DNA of 64,000 bases, taken from positions 11,845-75,844 of the forward strand of contig DOTD01000092.1 of the NCBI GenBank assembly GCA_003513005.1. Direction: 5' to 3'. Position numbers and translations under genes: made by a program. Origin of the DNA: Desulfotomaculum sp. (lineage in GTDB: Bacteria; Bacillota; Desulfotomaculia; Desulfotomaculales; Nap2-2B). Each line of letters starts with the position of its first letter. Position 1 is the stretch's first letter. Positions 19,279-29,091 of the stretch are shown here, piece by piece. The notes below the pieces were generated by a model. It did not search any database. It was given only the letters and a program-made list of their open reading frames with translations, and was not told the DNA's origin.

Positions 19279-19604
19279 AATCTTGGGTTTTTGAACCTGT
19301 AAGAGCTAGAGGAATAATCTCACAAACCATATTGGAGCTTTGCAGGACGAAGGACAACGTTTTATTTATATCACCATTTTCAACATTTGCTGAAAGTGGT
19401 TATTTTAGTGATATCCATCTAATCTGCCCTTGTTTCCTGGCAGATAAAGAAGGACATATTTGGCAGGATAGAGAATTTTATGTTGATAATCATTTTTCCA
19501 AAGAGGATGATGCCATACGTTTAGCATTAAAGAGTTTGTTGTGCCCAAGGACAGTATCTTTGATCAGGCCAGGAGGGATTCAATCCTTGACCTGTCGGAT
19601 TTAA
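19260..19604 (+). CDS. Hypothetical ORF upstream of / overlapping the DUF499 gene
   Basis: A 114-aa ORF with no motif I recognise. It is AT-rich and overlaps the neighbours on both sides. Coding status is uncertain. Confidence 0.2.
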   Translation: MGFQQYKSWVFEPVRARGIISQTILELCRTKDNVLFISPFSTFAESGYFSDIHLICPCFLADKEGHIWQDREFYVDNHFSKEDDAIRLALKSLLCPRTVSLIRPGGIQSLTCRI

Positions 19605-22603
19605 TAGAAAACAAAATTAATCCTGACGACTTTTTTGGCGAGAACTTCCTCACTAACGGGATGAAGCATCTCCTTCGGGAATCCTTCCGGCGTTTTGCCG
19701 GCCATTCAGCCGCCGGGGTAATAAAATTAACCCAGGCTATGGGCGGCGGCAAAACTCACAATATGATCTGCGCGGGCCTGTTGGCCAAGTATCCTGAATA
19801 CAGGCCAAAAGTAATGGGCGAGGACTACCAGGAAGCCGGTTTGGGCAAAGTCCGCGTGGTGGCCTTTACAGGCAGGGAGAGCGACGCTCCTCTCGGAATA
19901 TGGGGATCTATTGCGGATCAGCTCGGCAAGAAAGAGTTGTTCAAGGATTATTATTCCCCTTTGTCAGCCCCAGGCCAGACAGCCTGGATTAATTTATTGA
20001 AAGGCGAATCTCTCTTAATCTTACTGGACGAACTTCCTCCCTATCTGGTTTATTCCAAATCAAAAACAATCGGCAACTCGGACCTGGCGCAGGTTACAAT
20101 TACAGCGTTGGCAAATCTTCTTGTCGCTGTTAACAAAGACGCGCTTTCCAATGTTTGTGTAGTCATTTCCGACCTGAAGGCCACCTATGAGGAAGGCACG
20201 CGGCTAATCGGTGAGGTTCTGAAGAACCTGGAAAATGAGATTGGAAGGGTTGCCCTGAATCTTGAGCCGGTGGCGCTTAACACTGACGAAGTTTATCATA
20301 TTTTAAGAAAAAGGCTTTTTAAGTCCCTGCCTGATGAAAATATAATCCTTGAAGTCGCGCGCTCGTATGCGCAGGCTCTCCGTGAAGCCAGGCAGATGGA
20401 CATAACCAACGTATCCCCGGATAAATTTGTCCAGGCAATCCGGGAATCCTACCCCTTCCATCCGGCAATCCGGGACCTATACGCCCGCTTCAGGGAAAAT
20501 CCCGGCTACCAGCAGACCCGCGACTTGATCCGTTTAATGAGGCTGGTAACGGCAAACTTATTCGGCGGCCAGGATGCGAAGGCTTCCAAATTACAGTTGA
20601 TCCACGCTTATGATATAGATTTGAACGACCGTGACATATTGGCCGAAATCACCAACATCAATCCATCCCTGGAAAATGCCATCAGCCACGACATTGCTTC
20701 AGGCGGCCAGGCCATTGCCGAAAATATAGATACCAACCTTGGCGGCGATGAAGCGCGTGACGCCTGCGCATTGCTGTTAATGTCCTCTTTAGCCAATGTT
20801 CCCAACGCCGTCCTCGGCCTTTCCCTTTCGGAAATTGTCGCCTACCTCTGCGCGCCCGGCCGTGACATCAGTAAACTTAAAGAAATACTGGGCAGCCTGT
20901 CTACCAAAGCCTGGTACCTTCATTCCAGTATTGAGGGCAAACTCTTCTTTAAAAACGTTCAAAACCTGGTTGCAAAACTTAAAACATTGGCCGATTCTTA
21001 CAACCAGGAATCTGCTATAAAAGAGCTCCGGTCAATCTTAACCGGGCTTTTTGCCCCCAGCCAAAAGGACTGCTACCAGGAATTGCAAGTAATGCCGGCC
21101 CTGGATGAGATTAAAGTTGCCGCTGACAAAGTGATTCTTGTTATCTACGAACCATATCCCGGCGGGCTGCACCCCGACCTGCAGAGTTTTTACCAGAACC
21201 TTGATTATAAAAACCGCATTTTGTTCCTGTCCGGCCAGCGGGATAATCTGGAGAACCTGCTGGAGGTGGCCAAAGAGCATAAAGCTATTAACAGCATTAT
21301 CGCGGAAATGGATCAGGAAAAATTGCCCGCAAACGACCCGCAGCGCGTTTCCGCCATGGATAAGCTGGATAAGATTATGCTCGGCCTGCTAAGCGCAGCC
21401 AGAGAAACTTTCGTTACCCTGACCTACCCCCATATCGACAAGTTGGTCAATGCGGACTTCAAGATGGAATACAGCAACAATCAGTACCGGGGGGAGCAGC
21501 AAGTCCGGGAGACATTAAAGTCAAAGCAGAAATTCACCGAAGACGTTACCGGCGAAACCTTCCGGAAAAAATGCGAAGCCAGGTTATTTACTCAGAAGAC
21601 AATGCTCTGGACAGAAGTTAAAAAGCGGGCTGCTCTAACCATAACCTGGCAATGGCACCGCACCGGCGCCCTGGATTCATTAAAAAGCGAGATGATTTTT
21701 AAGGACCAGTGGCGCGAGCAGGGCGGCTATGTGGAAAAGGGGCCTTTTCCTCCTCCGGTTACCAGTGTGCAGATTCAGCAAATGAGCAGGGATGACAATA
21801 CCGGCGAAGCCACCCTCAAACTTACTCCTGTACATGGAGATACGCTTTACTATGATATAAATGGGCCAGCGACAAGCGGCTCGATGCAGGTTTCCAATCC
21901 CAGGTCTTTTAAAACCCGGGAATTGATTGTTTCTTTCCTCTGCGCCGATTCCAGCGGAAAACACCAGCAGGGAAACCCTGCCACCTGGAAAAACCAGATT
22001 ACCATAAAATCCCGTTCCTTCCAGGGAACGAGCGGCGAAAAAATGGTCGAACTGAAGTCCGCTCCTCCCGCCCCCATCCGCTATACTACTGACGGTTCGG
22101 ATCCCAAATTATCCGGCGGAGCTTACAACGAACCTTTTGCCGTACCGCCGGGAACATTGCTTGTGCTGGCGGTGGCCGAGAAAAACGGCCTCGTTTCAGA
22201 AACGCACCGTTTGGAAATCAGGCAGCGGGGCACCGGGGGCGATCCGGCGCCGGAGGAGGTAGATCCCAATATTCCAGCAATCTGGCTTCGGGAGCATTTA
22301 CCTGGCACGACACAGGAAACTTATGAACTGATTAACTTGCTTAAAAAACACCGGGCCTCCCTGCCCGCGGCCAAAATAGCTGTAATAGGGCAATGCTGGG
22401 TGGAACTGAACCTTGATGAAAAGTTGCTGCTTGACGCAGCCAGGCTGGAGGAAATTATCGAGCAGTTGAGAAAACTTGTGCCCGAAGGCGAGGTCAGCCT
22501 GGAAGCAATGTCTCTTCATTTCCCGGCCGGACAGGACCTCTTGAACTGGGTAGCGGAAGTAAGGACAGAAATTAAACCGGGTGAGGTGAAACAACGTGGG
22601 TAG
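19541..22603 (+). CDS. DUF499 (BrxC-like) P-loop ATPase of a BREX/DISARM-related defence module
   Basis: 1020 aa. Walker A AMGGGKTHNM and Walker B-like LLILLDELPPY. The overall N-terminal layout (..DFFGENFLTNGMKHLL..) is as in DUF499/COG1483 proteins. GTG start. Confidence 0.8.
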   Translation: MPKDSIFDQARRDSILDLSDLIENKINPDDFFGENFLTNGMKHLLRESFRRFAGHSAAGVIKLTQAMGGGKTHNMICAGLLAKYPEYRPKVMGEDYQEAGLGKVRVVAFTGRESDAPLGIWGSIADQLGKKELFKDYYSPLSAPGQTAWINLLKGESLLILLDELPPYLVYSKSKTIGNSDLAQVTITALANLLVAVNKDALSNVCVVISDLKATYEEGTRLIGEVLKNLENEIGRVALNLEPVALNTDEVYHILRKRLFKSLPDENIILEVARSYAQALREARQMDITNVSPDKFVQAIRESYPFHPAIRDLYARFRENPGYQQTRDLIRLMRLVTANLFGGQDAKASKLQLIHAYDIDLNDRDILAEITNINPSLENAISHDIASGGQAIAENIDTNLGGDEARDACALLLMSSLANVPNAVLGLSLSEIVAYLCAPGRDISKLKEILGSLSTKAWYLHSSIEGKLFFKNVQNLVAKLKTLADSYNQESAIKELRSILTGLFAPSQKDCYQELQVMPALDEIKVAADKVILVIYEPYPGGLHPDLQSFYQNLDYKNRILFLSGQRDNLENLLEVAKEHKAINSIIAEMDQEKLPANDPQRVSAMDKLDKIMLGLLSAARETFVTLTYPHIDKLVNADFKMEYSNNQYRGEQQVRETLKSKQKFTEDVTGETFRKKCEARLFTQKTMLWTEVKKRAALTITWQWHRTGALDSLKSEMIFKDQWREQGGYVEKGPFPPPVTSVQIQQMSRDDNTGEATLKLTPVHGDTLYYDINGPATSGSMQVSNPRSFKTRELIVSFLCADSSGKHQQGNPATWKNQITIKSRSFQGTSGEKMVELKSAPPAPIRYTTDGSDPKLSGGAYNEPFAVPPGTLLVLAVAEKNGLVSETHRLEIRQRGTGGDPAPEEVDPNIPAIWLREHLPGTTQETYELINLLKKHRASLPAAKIAVIGQCWVELNLDEKLLLDAARLEEIIEQLRKLVPEGEVSLEAMSLHFPAGQDLLNWVAEVRTEIKPGEVKQRG

Positions 22604-23258
22604 CAGCCGGTATTCGACAGGCTTTGGTTTTAATCCGGAAGAATCAGGCCATCATTTCCTTGTCACAATCCATACGGCCAGGTCGTCACATGTTTACATC
22701 AGCGAACATTTTACCTGGGATCACAGTCAAAAAAGGCGGGATCTGAGTTTTACCCTGGGAAACGAGGACGACAAAATGCGGGTAATTTTACCCCGCAGCA
22801 AATGGCTGGACATTGCGGAACACGTGCAGGATGAATTCAACCGGCGGCTGAAAAAAAACGGTATTGCGGCGGGCCGCTGGAAAACAGGGCAGACTCCCGT
22901 ATCGCGGCTGCTGGGCAAGGAAATGACGCTGCTGGCCTGGGCTGTCGAAGACGCCGATCCGGCCCTAATCCCAGCTGCTGTCAAAAACTGGCTCGGCCTG
23001 GCCCCTGAAGAGCGCTGGTGGCTGTTCACCATGACCAACGCCGCAACCGGCCACGCGATCAACGGGCGGAACAAAGGCTGGAGAAAGGCCGTACGGTATG
23101 CCCTGACGGAGAACCCGGTCTCAGACGCCGAACCGGCTGAGCCGCGCCATGAGCTGTTGTTAATTATGAAAGAGACACTGTCCTGGGCCGGAGAACTTGA
23201 ATTAGTCCATCCCAGGAAGCAGGAAACGGACGCCGGCAATGAAAAAATCGTTTATTGA
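22596..23258 (+). CDS. DUF3780-like small protein of the DUF499/DUF1156 module
   Basis: 220 aa, overlapping both neighbours. Position and size match the DUF3780 component that I recall in this operon type. The family call rests on synteny plus a general resemblance. Confidence 0.6.
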   Translation: MGSSRYSTGFGFNPEESGHHFLVTIHTARSSHVYISEHFTWDHSQKRRDLSFTLGNEDDKMRVILPRSKWLDIAEHVQDEFNRRLKKNGIAAGRWKTGQTPVSRLLGKEMTLLAWAVEDADPALIPAAVKNWLGLAPEERWWLFTMTNAATGHAINGRNKGWRKAVRYALTENPVSDAEPAEPRHELLLIMKETLSWAGELELVHPRKQETDAGNEKIVY

Positions 23259-26142
23259 AACGCAGTTCCCCGTATCAAAGATTTCCAAAGAAAGCTACAA
23301 GGAACGGAAGGCCAATTACAGCCAGACACTTACCGGACTGGGCAAATGGTGGGGACGCAAGCCGCTGATTTTGGCGCGCGCCGCGATCATTGGGTTGTTG
23401 GTGCCGGCATCCGATAATCAGGTCAAAGACCGGGAAATTTTCCTCAAGATTCTCACGATGGATGAGGAAGGGCTCTGGCTGCGCAAAGATAAGCTGATTA
23501 CGCTTAAAGAAGTATATAAACGGCTTGATCAGACCCAAAGGGAGCGGTGGTTTAAAAAGACATCTACCGAAGACAAGCCGAAATTAAAAAAAGGGACGAC
23601 CAGAGAACAAAGGAAAGAACTGCAGCGGATTGTTTTTATGCCCCTGTCTTATGACGAAAAACTTCAGTACTGCAGACGCCCCGAACAGATTAAGGGGCCT
23701 TCCGGAAAAGCCTGGACGGAAATCAACACACACCTGAATACCGCCGCAAACAATCTGCAGGAACTTGTTAGCCAATTAGGAAAACGGCGGTTCGGCCATA
23801 CGCCGCGCGTCGGTGACGCCTTTTGCGGAGGCGGCAGCATTCCTTTCGAGGCCGCGCGACTCGGCTGCGAAGCTTACGGGTCGGACCTCAACCCGGTGGC
23901 GGCGTTGCTCACCTGGGCGGCGTTAAATATCATCGGCGGGGGCGAAATAATCGCCAAGCAGGTCCGCCAGGCGCAGCAGGAGGTTTATAATACTGTAGAT
24001 CAGCAAATCACTGCGTGGGGTATTGAGCACAACAAAGAGGGACACCGGGCGGACGCCTACCTATACTGCAATGAAGCTGTCTGCCCCGGATGCGGCTGGA
24101 AGGTTCCGCTGGCGCCTTCCTGGATTATCGGTGAAAAGACGCGCTGCGTGGCAAAATTAAAGCCTGACGAAACCGGCAAGCGGTTTGATATACTTATCGA
24201 ATCGGGGGTTTCAAATGAAGAAATGGAAAATGCAAGAGCGGCCGGCACCGTAAAAGATTCCGCTTTGTGCTGCCCCAACTGCCTTCCTCATGCCACTCCC
24301 ATGACCATGCTGCGCGGTGACGGACGTGGCGGGAAAGAACAGTATGGCCTGCGGATGTGGGAAAACTGGGATATCGTGCCCCGCCCGGAAGACGTTTTTC
24401 AGGAACGACTCTACTGCATCCGTTGGGTTTACACATGTGAAGACGAAGAGGGCAAAACTATAACTGAACGCTATTACAGCGCTCCCGACGAGGACGATCT
24501 GCGCCGGGAGGAACTTGTTCTGGAACTTTTACAGGAGCGCTTTGCCGAATGGCAGGAAAAAGGGTATATCCCAAGCCGCAGGATTGAGCCAGGATATAAT
24601 ACTGATCAACCTCTACGTGAACGCGGCTGGACACATTGGCATCACCTGTTTAACCACCGGCAATTATTACTAAATGCATTGTTAATAGATAATGCATTTA
24701 GTAACTTTACTACTGAAAATATTCTATTATCATTTTTATTTAGTATGGGAAGATGCTCAGATTGGAATAGTAAACTTTGCCGTTGGGATTCTAGCTCTGC
24801 AAATGAAAAAATGGCGCAAACTTTCTACAATCAAGCTTTAAATACATTATTTACATATGCCACAAGAAGCTTGTCGAGTTTTAAAAGTCCCTTTTTTCTA
24901 AATTGGTCCGTTAATATTTTTAATAACACAAGAGTTGTCTCAGCTAAAGATGCTCGCCAAAATGATCATTATTGTGATATCTGGTTAACTGACCCTCCAT
25001 ATGCCGATGCTATTAACTACCATGAACTGTCGGAATTTTTTATTGCCTGGTATGATAAACATATAAAAATATTTTTCCCTGAGTGGTACACAGACAGTAA
25101 ACGTGCGCTTGCCATCACCGGATCAGATGAGAATTTCCGCAAAAGTATGGTCGATTCATACCGCAACCTTGCCGAGCATATGCCGGTCGATGGGGCGCAG
25201 ATCGTTATGTTTACCCACCAGGATTCCGGAGTATGGGCGGATCTGGCATTAATTCTCTGGGCTGCCGGTTTGAGCGTAACAGCGGCCTGGTGCATAGCCA
25301 CCGAAACAGATTCCGCATTAAAAGAGGGCAATTATGTCCAGGGGACGGTGCTGCTGGTGCTGCGCAAGCAGACCTCCCTTGAAACGGCCTTTACTGATGA
25401 GATATACCCGCAGGTGGAAGAGGAAGTTAAGAACCAGTTAAATGAGATGCTGGCCCTGGAAGACCTGGAGGACCCCAATTTCAGCGACACCGATTACCAG
25501 CTTGCCGCTTACGCCGCCGCCCTGCGTGTTTTGACAAGGTACCGGAGCATAGAAGACATTGACGTGGCCGGGGAACTGGCCAGGCCCAGGCAGCGGGGCG
25601 AGCAGTCCCCTGTAGTGGACATTATCAACCGCGCTGTGGAAATTGCCTGCGATCACCTGGTTCCGAAGGGCATGGAGATATTCACTTGGAAAGGCCTTTC
25701 CCCGGAAGAAAGGTTCTACCTCAAGGGGCTTGAACTGGAGAGCCACGGGGAGCGCCGCTCAGGGGCTTACCAGGAGCTTGCCCGCGGTTTCGGGATCAGG
25801 GATTACCGTCAACTTCTGGAAGGCAGCCGGGCTAATCAGGCCAGGTTGAAAACAGCCTCCGAATTTGCCGCCAGGCAGTTGGAAAACACCGGTTTCGGCG
25901 CCACGCTTGTGCGCCAGGTTTTATTTGCCATCCGGGAGTCGGCGCACACGGGCGAAATTGCGCAAGGACGCAACTGGTTTTATAACGAACTTCAAGGCTT
26001 GTACTGGAATAAGCGCCAAACTATAATTCAAATCCTTCATTACCTAGCCGCGCTTGGATCTAACAAAAATATGCCCCACTGGCGGGATGACTCCAATGTG
26101 GCCAGGATTTTAGCGGGCGCGTTGAAAAATGACCATATTTAA
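23239..26142 (+). CDS. DUF1156 (COG1743-type) N6-adenine DNA methyltransferase with Zn-ribbon insertions
   Basis: The N-terminus is IETQFPVSKISKESYKERK...WWGRKPL. Motif I is DAFCGGGSIPFEAARLG. Cys pairs are CPGCG..CCPNC. Motif IV is DPPYADAINY. Confidence 0.85.
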   Translation: MKKSFIETQFPVSKISKESYKERKANYSQTLTGLGKWWGRKPLILARAAIIGLLVPASDNQVKDREIFLKILTMDEEGLWLRKDKLITLKEVYKRLDQTQRERWFKKTSTEDKPKLKKGTTREQRKELQRIVFMPLSYDEKLQYCRRPEQIKGPSGKAWTEINTHLNTAANNLQELVSQLGKRRFGHTPRVGDAFCGGGSIPFEAARLGCEAYGSDLNPVAALLTWAALNIIGGGEIIAKQVRQAQQEVYNTVDQQITAWGIEHNKEGHRADAYLYCNEAVCPGCGWKVPLAPSWIIGEKTRCVAKLKPDETGKRFDILIESGVSNEEMENARAAGTVKDSALCCPNCLPHATPMTMLRGDGRGGKEQYGLRMWENWDIVPRPEDVFQERLYCIRWVYTCEDEEGKTITERYYSAPDEDDLRREELVLELLQERFAEWQEKGYIPSRRIEPGYNTDQPLRERGWTHWHHLFNHRQLLLNALLIDNAFSNFTTENILLSFLFSMGRCSDWNSKLCRWDSSSANEKMAQTFYNQALNTLFTYATRSLSSFKSPFFLNWSVNIFNNTRVVSAKDARQNDHYCDIWLTDPPYADAINYHELSEFFIAWYDKHIKIFFPEWYTDSKRALAITGSDENFRKSMVDSYRNLAEHMPVDGAQIVMFTHQDSGVWADLALILWAAGLSVTAAWCIATETDSALKEGNYVQGTVLLVLRKQTSLETAFTDEIYPQVEEEVKNQLNEMLALEDLEDPNFSDTDYQLAAYAAALRVLTRYRSIEDIDVAGELARPRQRGEQSPVVDIINRAVEIACDHLVPKGMEIFTWKGLSPEERFYLKGLELESHGERRSGAYQELARGFGIRDYRQLLEGSRANQARLKTASEFAARQLENTGFGATLVRQVLFAIRESAHTGEIAQGRNWFYNELQGLYWNKRQTIIQILHYLAALGSNKNMPHWRDDSNVARILAGALKNDHI

Positions 26143-26213
26143 AATTATAAATCTGTAATAAAGCAATTTATCATGCTATCTAACTAACCAATCAAAGTAA
26201 CGAGGTAAGCGAC

Positions 26214-28895
26214 TTGATTAACCGATTTTCCTCAAGGCGGCAAAAACTGGATTATTCTTTCCTAAAAGGCCGGTTGACCGGCGCGCAGGCATACGACCGC
26301 ATAGCTGGCTATTTTCGTTCCTCTATGCTGGAAGTAGCCGGTGAGGCTTTGGAAACTGTCACCGGGCCTGTGCAGGTGGTCTGCAACTCCGATTTGGAAC
26401 TGCGGGATGTAGAAACAGCCAGGGCCGCCCAGTATGCCATGAGGCGTGAGTGGTGCGAAGCAGAGCCGGAGAAATACGGCCCGGCCTCCCAGCCGCGGCT
26501 TTCCAAATTATTTGAATTGCTGTATTCCGGAAAGCTTCAGATCCGGGTTATGCCGCGTGAAAAATTCGGCTTGATACACGGTAAGGCCGGAGTCATCACA
26601 CTGAGTGACGGACGCAGGACTTCTTTTATCGGGAGCGCTAACGAAACATACAGCGCCTGGAAAATGAATTATGAAATCATCTGGGAAGACGATTCCGCAG
26701 AAGCGGTCAAATGGGTACAGGAGGAGTTCGACGCGCTCTGGAACAGCCCCTTCGCGATATCTCTATCCGACTTTATAATCCAGGACATCGGCCGGCTGGC
26801 GCGCCGCGTGGTAATTCCCAGCGTTGAAGACTGGCGGCGGGAGCCGGATCCATCAATGACTGTTATCGAAACTCCTGTTTACCGCCGGGAAAACGGCCTG
26901 TGGGAACACCAAAAATATTTTGTACAGCATGCATTTGAAGCGCACAAAAGGAACGGCGCCAGGCTTGTCCTGGCTGATATGGTAGGTTTGGGGAAAACTG
27001 TACAGCTGGCGCTGGCAGCCCAGTTAATGGCTCTTTACGGAAGCAGGCCTGTGCTCATCCTGGCGCCTAAAACACTGCTCCTGCAATGGCAGGATGAGAT
27101 GAAAAACCTGCTTGATATGCCGTCCGCCGTGTGGAACGGCAAGCAATGGATAGACGAAAACGGGATTGAATACCCGGTTATGGGTCCCGAGGGGATAAGC
27201 AAGTGCCCAAGAAGAATTGGCGTGGTATCAACGGGACTTATCATCAGCAAATCAGAAGTCGCCGAGTTACTTAAACAGATTAACTATGAGTGTATAATCG
27301 TGGATGAGGCGCACCGTGCGCACCGTAACAACCTGGGACCGGGCAAAGAGGCTGAAAAACCAGAACGCAATCATTTGTTGGACTTTCTAGATCAGGTGGC
27401 TGCCCATACGAAAAGCATGTTACTGGCCACGGCGACTCCGGTACAGAAAGACCCGGTAGAGGCGTGGGACCTTCTGGATGTGCTTTCCCGCGGAAACGAG
27501 GAAGTCTTCGGCGCTCGTTTCAGCAACTGGAGAAGGCCAGGCGAAGCGTTAGACCTTGTATTGGGGTCTATGGAACTGCCCGAAGATGATTTTGATCGCT
27601 GGAGCTGGATAAGAAACCCGCTGCCTCAAGCATCGGAAGAGCGTGATTTTGGATTGATCCGCCGCTCACTGCGCATGGCGGACAGTGATAATGTAGCGCC
27701 GTCCGAAGCGTGGCATACGATGAGCGAAGCTGATCGCAGCAGGATAAGACGGCTTTCCAGGTCTTTCGTACAACGGTACAATCCTTTTATCCGCCATATC
27801 GTCATGCGAACCAGGGATTTTTTAGAAAACACCATCGACCCTGAAACTGGCGAACCGTATTTAAAAAGAGTAAAGGTAGAGCTTTTTGGAGAAAAAGAGA
27901 AAGAAGCCGTCCGCCTGACCCCTTATTTAAAAGAAGCATATGAACTGGCCGGGGAATTTTGCAGACTGCTTGCGGCACGTTTAAAAACAGCCGGTTTTCT
28001 TAAAACTCTTTTACTCAAGAGAGTGGGCAGCACAATCTACGCGGGAAAATTGACGGCCGAAAAAATGTTAAGAGACTGGCAATATGTAGTTAAAGAGGAT
28101 AATGAAGAAGATGAACAGGTTCCTGATATTAACGACATAAAAACCCTGACACAGGAAGAAAGGGAAGTTCTCCAAAGATTTGTACAAGCCTTAAGCGCGG
28201 AAGAGCGGGATCCCAAGTATGAAGTTATTCTTGACTGCTTGACGGAAAAAGGCTGGCTGGAACAGGGCTGCATTATTTTCTCACAGTACTACGACTCCAT
28301 TTTTTGGCTGGCTGAAAACTTATCAAAGGAATTGCCTGAAGAAAATATCGGCATATACGCCGGCGACGAGAGGTCCTCTATAATAAAGAACGGCTGTATG
28401 GTTAGGGCGGCCAGGGATGAACTTAAAAGGCTGGTTTCCAAAGGTTCGTTAAGATTATTACTGGGAACAGATGCGGCAAGCGAAGGAATCAATTTGCAGC
28501 GTTTGGGCACGTTGATTAATCTCGACCTTCCCTGGAACCCGACCCGGTTGGAGCAGCGCAAAGGAAGGATCCAGCGGATCGGTCAAACAAGAGACACTGT
28601 TTTAATATATAACCTCAGGTACAAGGACTCTGTAGAAGACCGTGCCCATGAACTGCTTTCTGATCGCATGGAAGAAATCTTCAGGCTGTTTGGGCAAATC
28701 CCGGACGTATTGGAGGATACCTGGGTGTACCTGGCTTTGGGAGAAATCGAACAGGCCAAAAAGACAATCGACTCTATTCAAAAAAAGCATCCGTTTGACA
28801 TCAAATATAACCAGATAGAAAAGGTTCCCTGGGAATCCTGCGAACGTGTGCTAGACTCCGCAGACCGCCGCAAATACCTGACCCAGGGATGGTAA
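26214..28895 (+). CDS. PLD-like nuclease domain fused to an SNF2-family helicase
   Basis: N-terminal HKD-like LIHGKAGV...FIGSANET. Helicase motifs GLGKT, DEAH (IIVDEAHRAH), TATP and QRKGRIQRIGQ. A TTG start follows GAGGT. Confidence 0.85.
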   Translation: MINRFSSRRQKLDYSFLKGRLTGAQAYDRIAGYFRSSMLEVAGEALETVTGPVQVVCNSDLELRDVETARAAQYAMRREWCEAEPEKYGPASQPRLSKLFELLYSGKLQIRVMPREKFGLIHGKAGVITLSDGRRTSFIGSANETYSAWKMNYEIIWEDDSAEAVKWVQEEFDALWNSPFAISLSDFIIQDIGRLARRVVIPSVEDWRREPDPSMTVIETPVYRRENGLWEHQKYFVQHAFEAHKRNGARLVLADMVGLGKTVQLALAAQLMALYGSRPVLILAPKTLLLQWQDEMKNLLDMPSAVWNGKQWIDENGIEYPVMGPEGISKCPRRIGVVSTGLIISKSEVAELLKQINYECIIVDEAHRAHRNNLGPGKEAEKPERNHLLDFLDQVAAHTKSMLLATATPVQKDPVEAWDLLDVLSRGNEEVFGARFSNWRRPGEALDLVLGSMELPEDDFDRWSWIRNPLPQASEERDFGLIRRSLRMADSDNVAPSEAWHTMSEADRSRIRRLSRSFVQRYNPFIRHIVMRTRDFLENTIDPETGEPYLKRVKVELFGEKEKEAVRLTPYLKEAYELAGEFCRLLAARLKTAGFLKTLLLKRVGSTIYAGKLTAEKMLRDWQYVVKEDNEEDEQVPDINDIKTLTQEEREVLQRFVQALSAEERDPKYEVILDCLTEKGWLEQGCIIFSQYYDSIFWLAENLSKELPEENIGIYAGDERSSIIKNGCMVRAARDELKRLVSKGSLRLLLGTDAASEGINLQRLGTLINLDLPWNPTRLEQRKGRIQRIGQTRDTVLIYNLRYKDSVEDRAHELLSDRMEEIFRLFGQIPDVLEDTWVYLALGEIEQAKKTIDSIQKKHPFDIKYNQIEKVPWESCERVLDSADRRKYLTQGW

Positions 28896-29091
28896 TCCTT
28901 GCCTTTTTCCTTGCTTATTTGCCCACCCAACCTGTAATATAATAATAAAGAGTAAAATTCTTGTAATCATAAAACAGGAAATTTTTTTATATTTGTCGTA
29001 TTATATAGAAAAACAAATGAAAAACAATCATTTATAAATTTACGTAACAACCACAGCCCAAGAATTTTAAAGATTTAAGAGGCGCAGTTTT

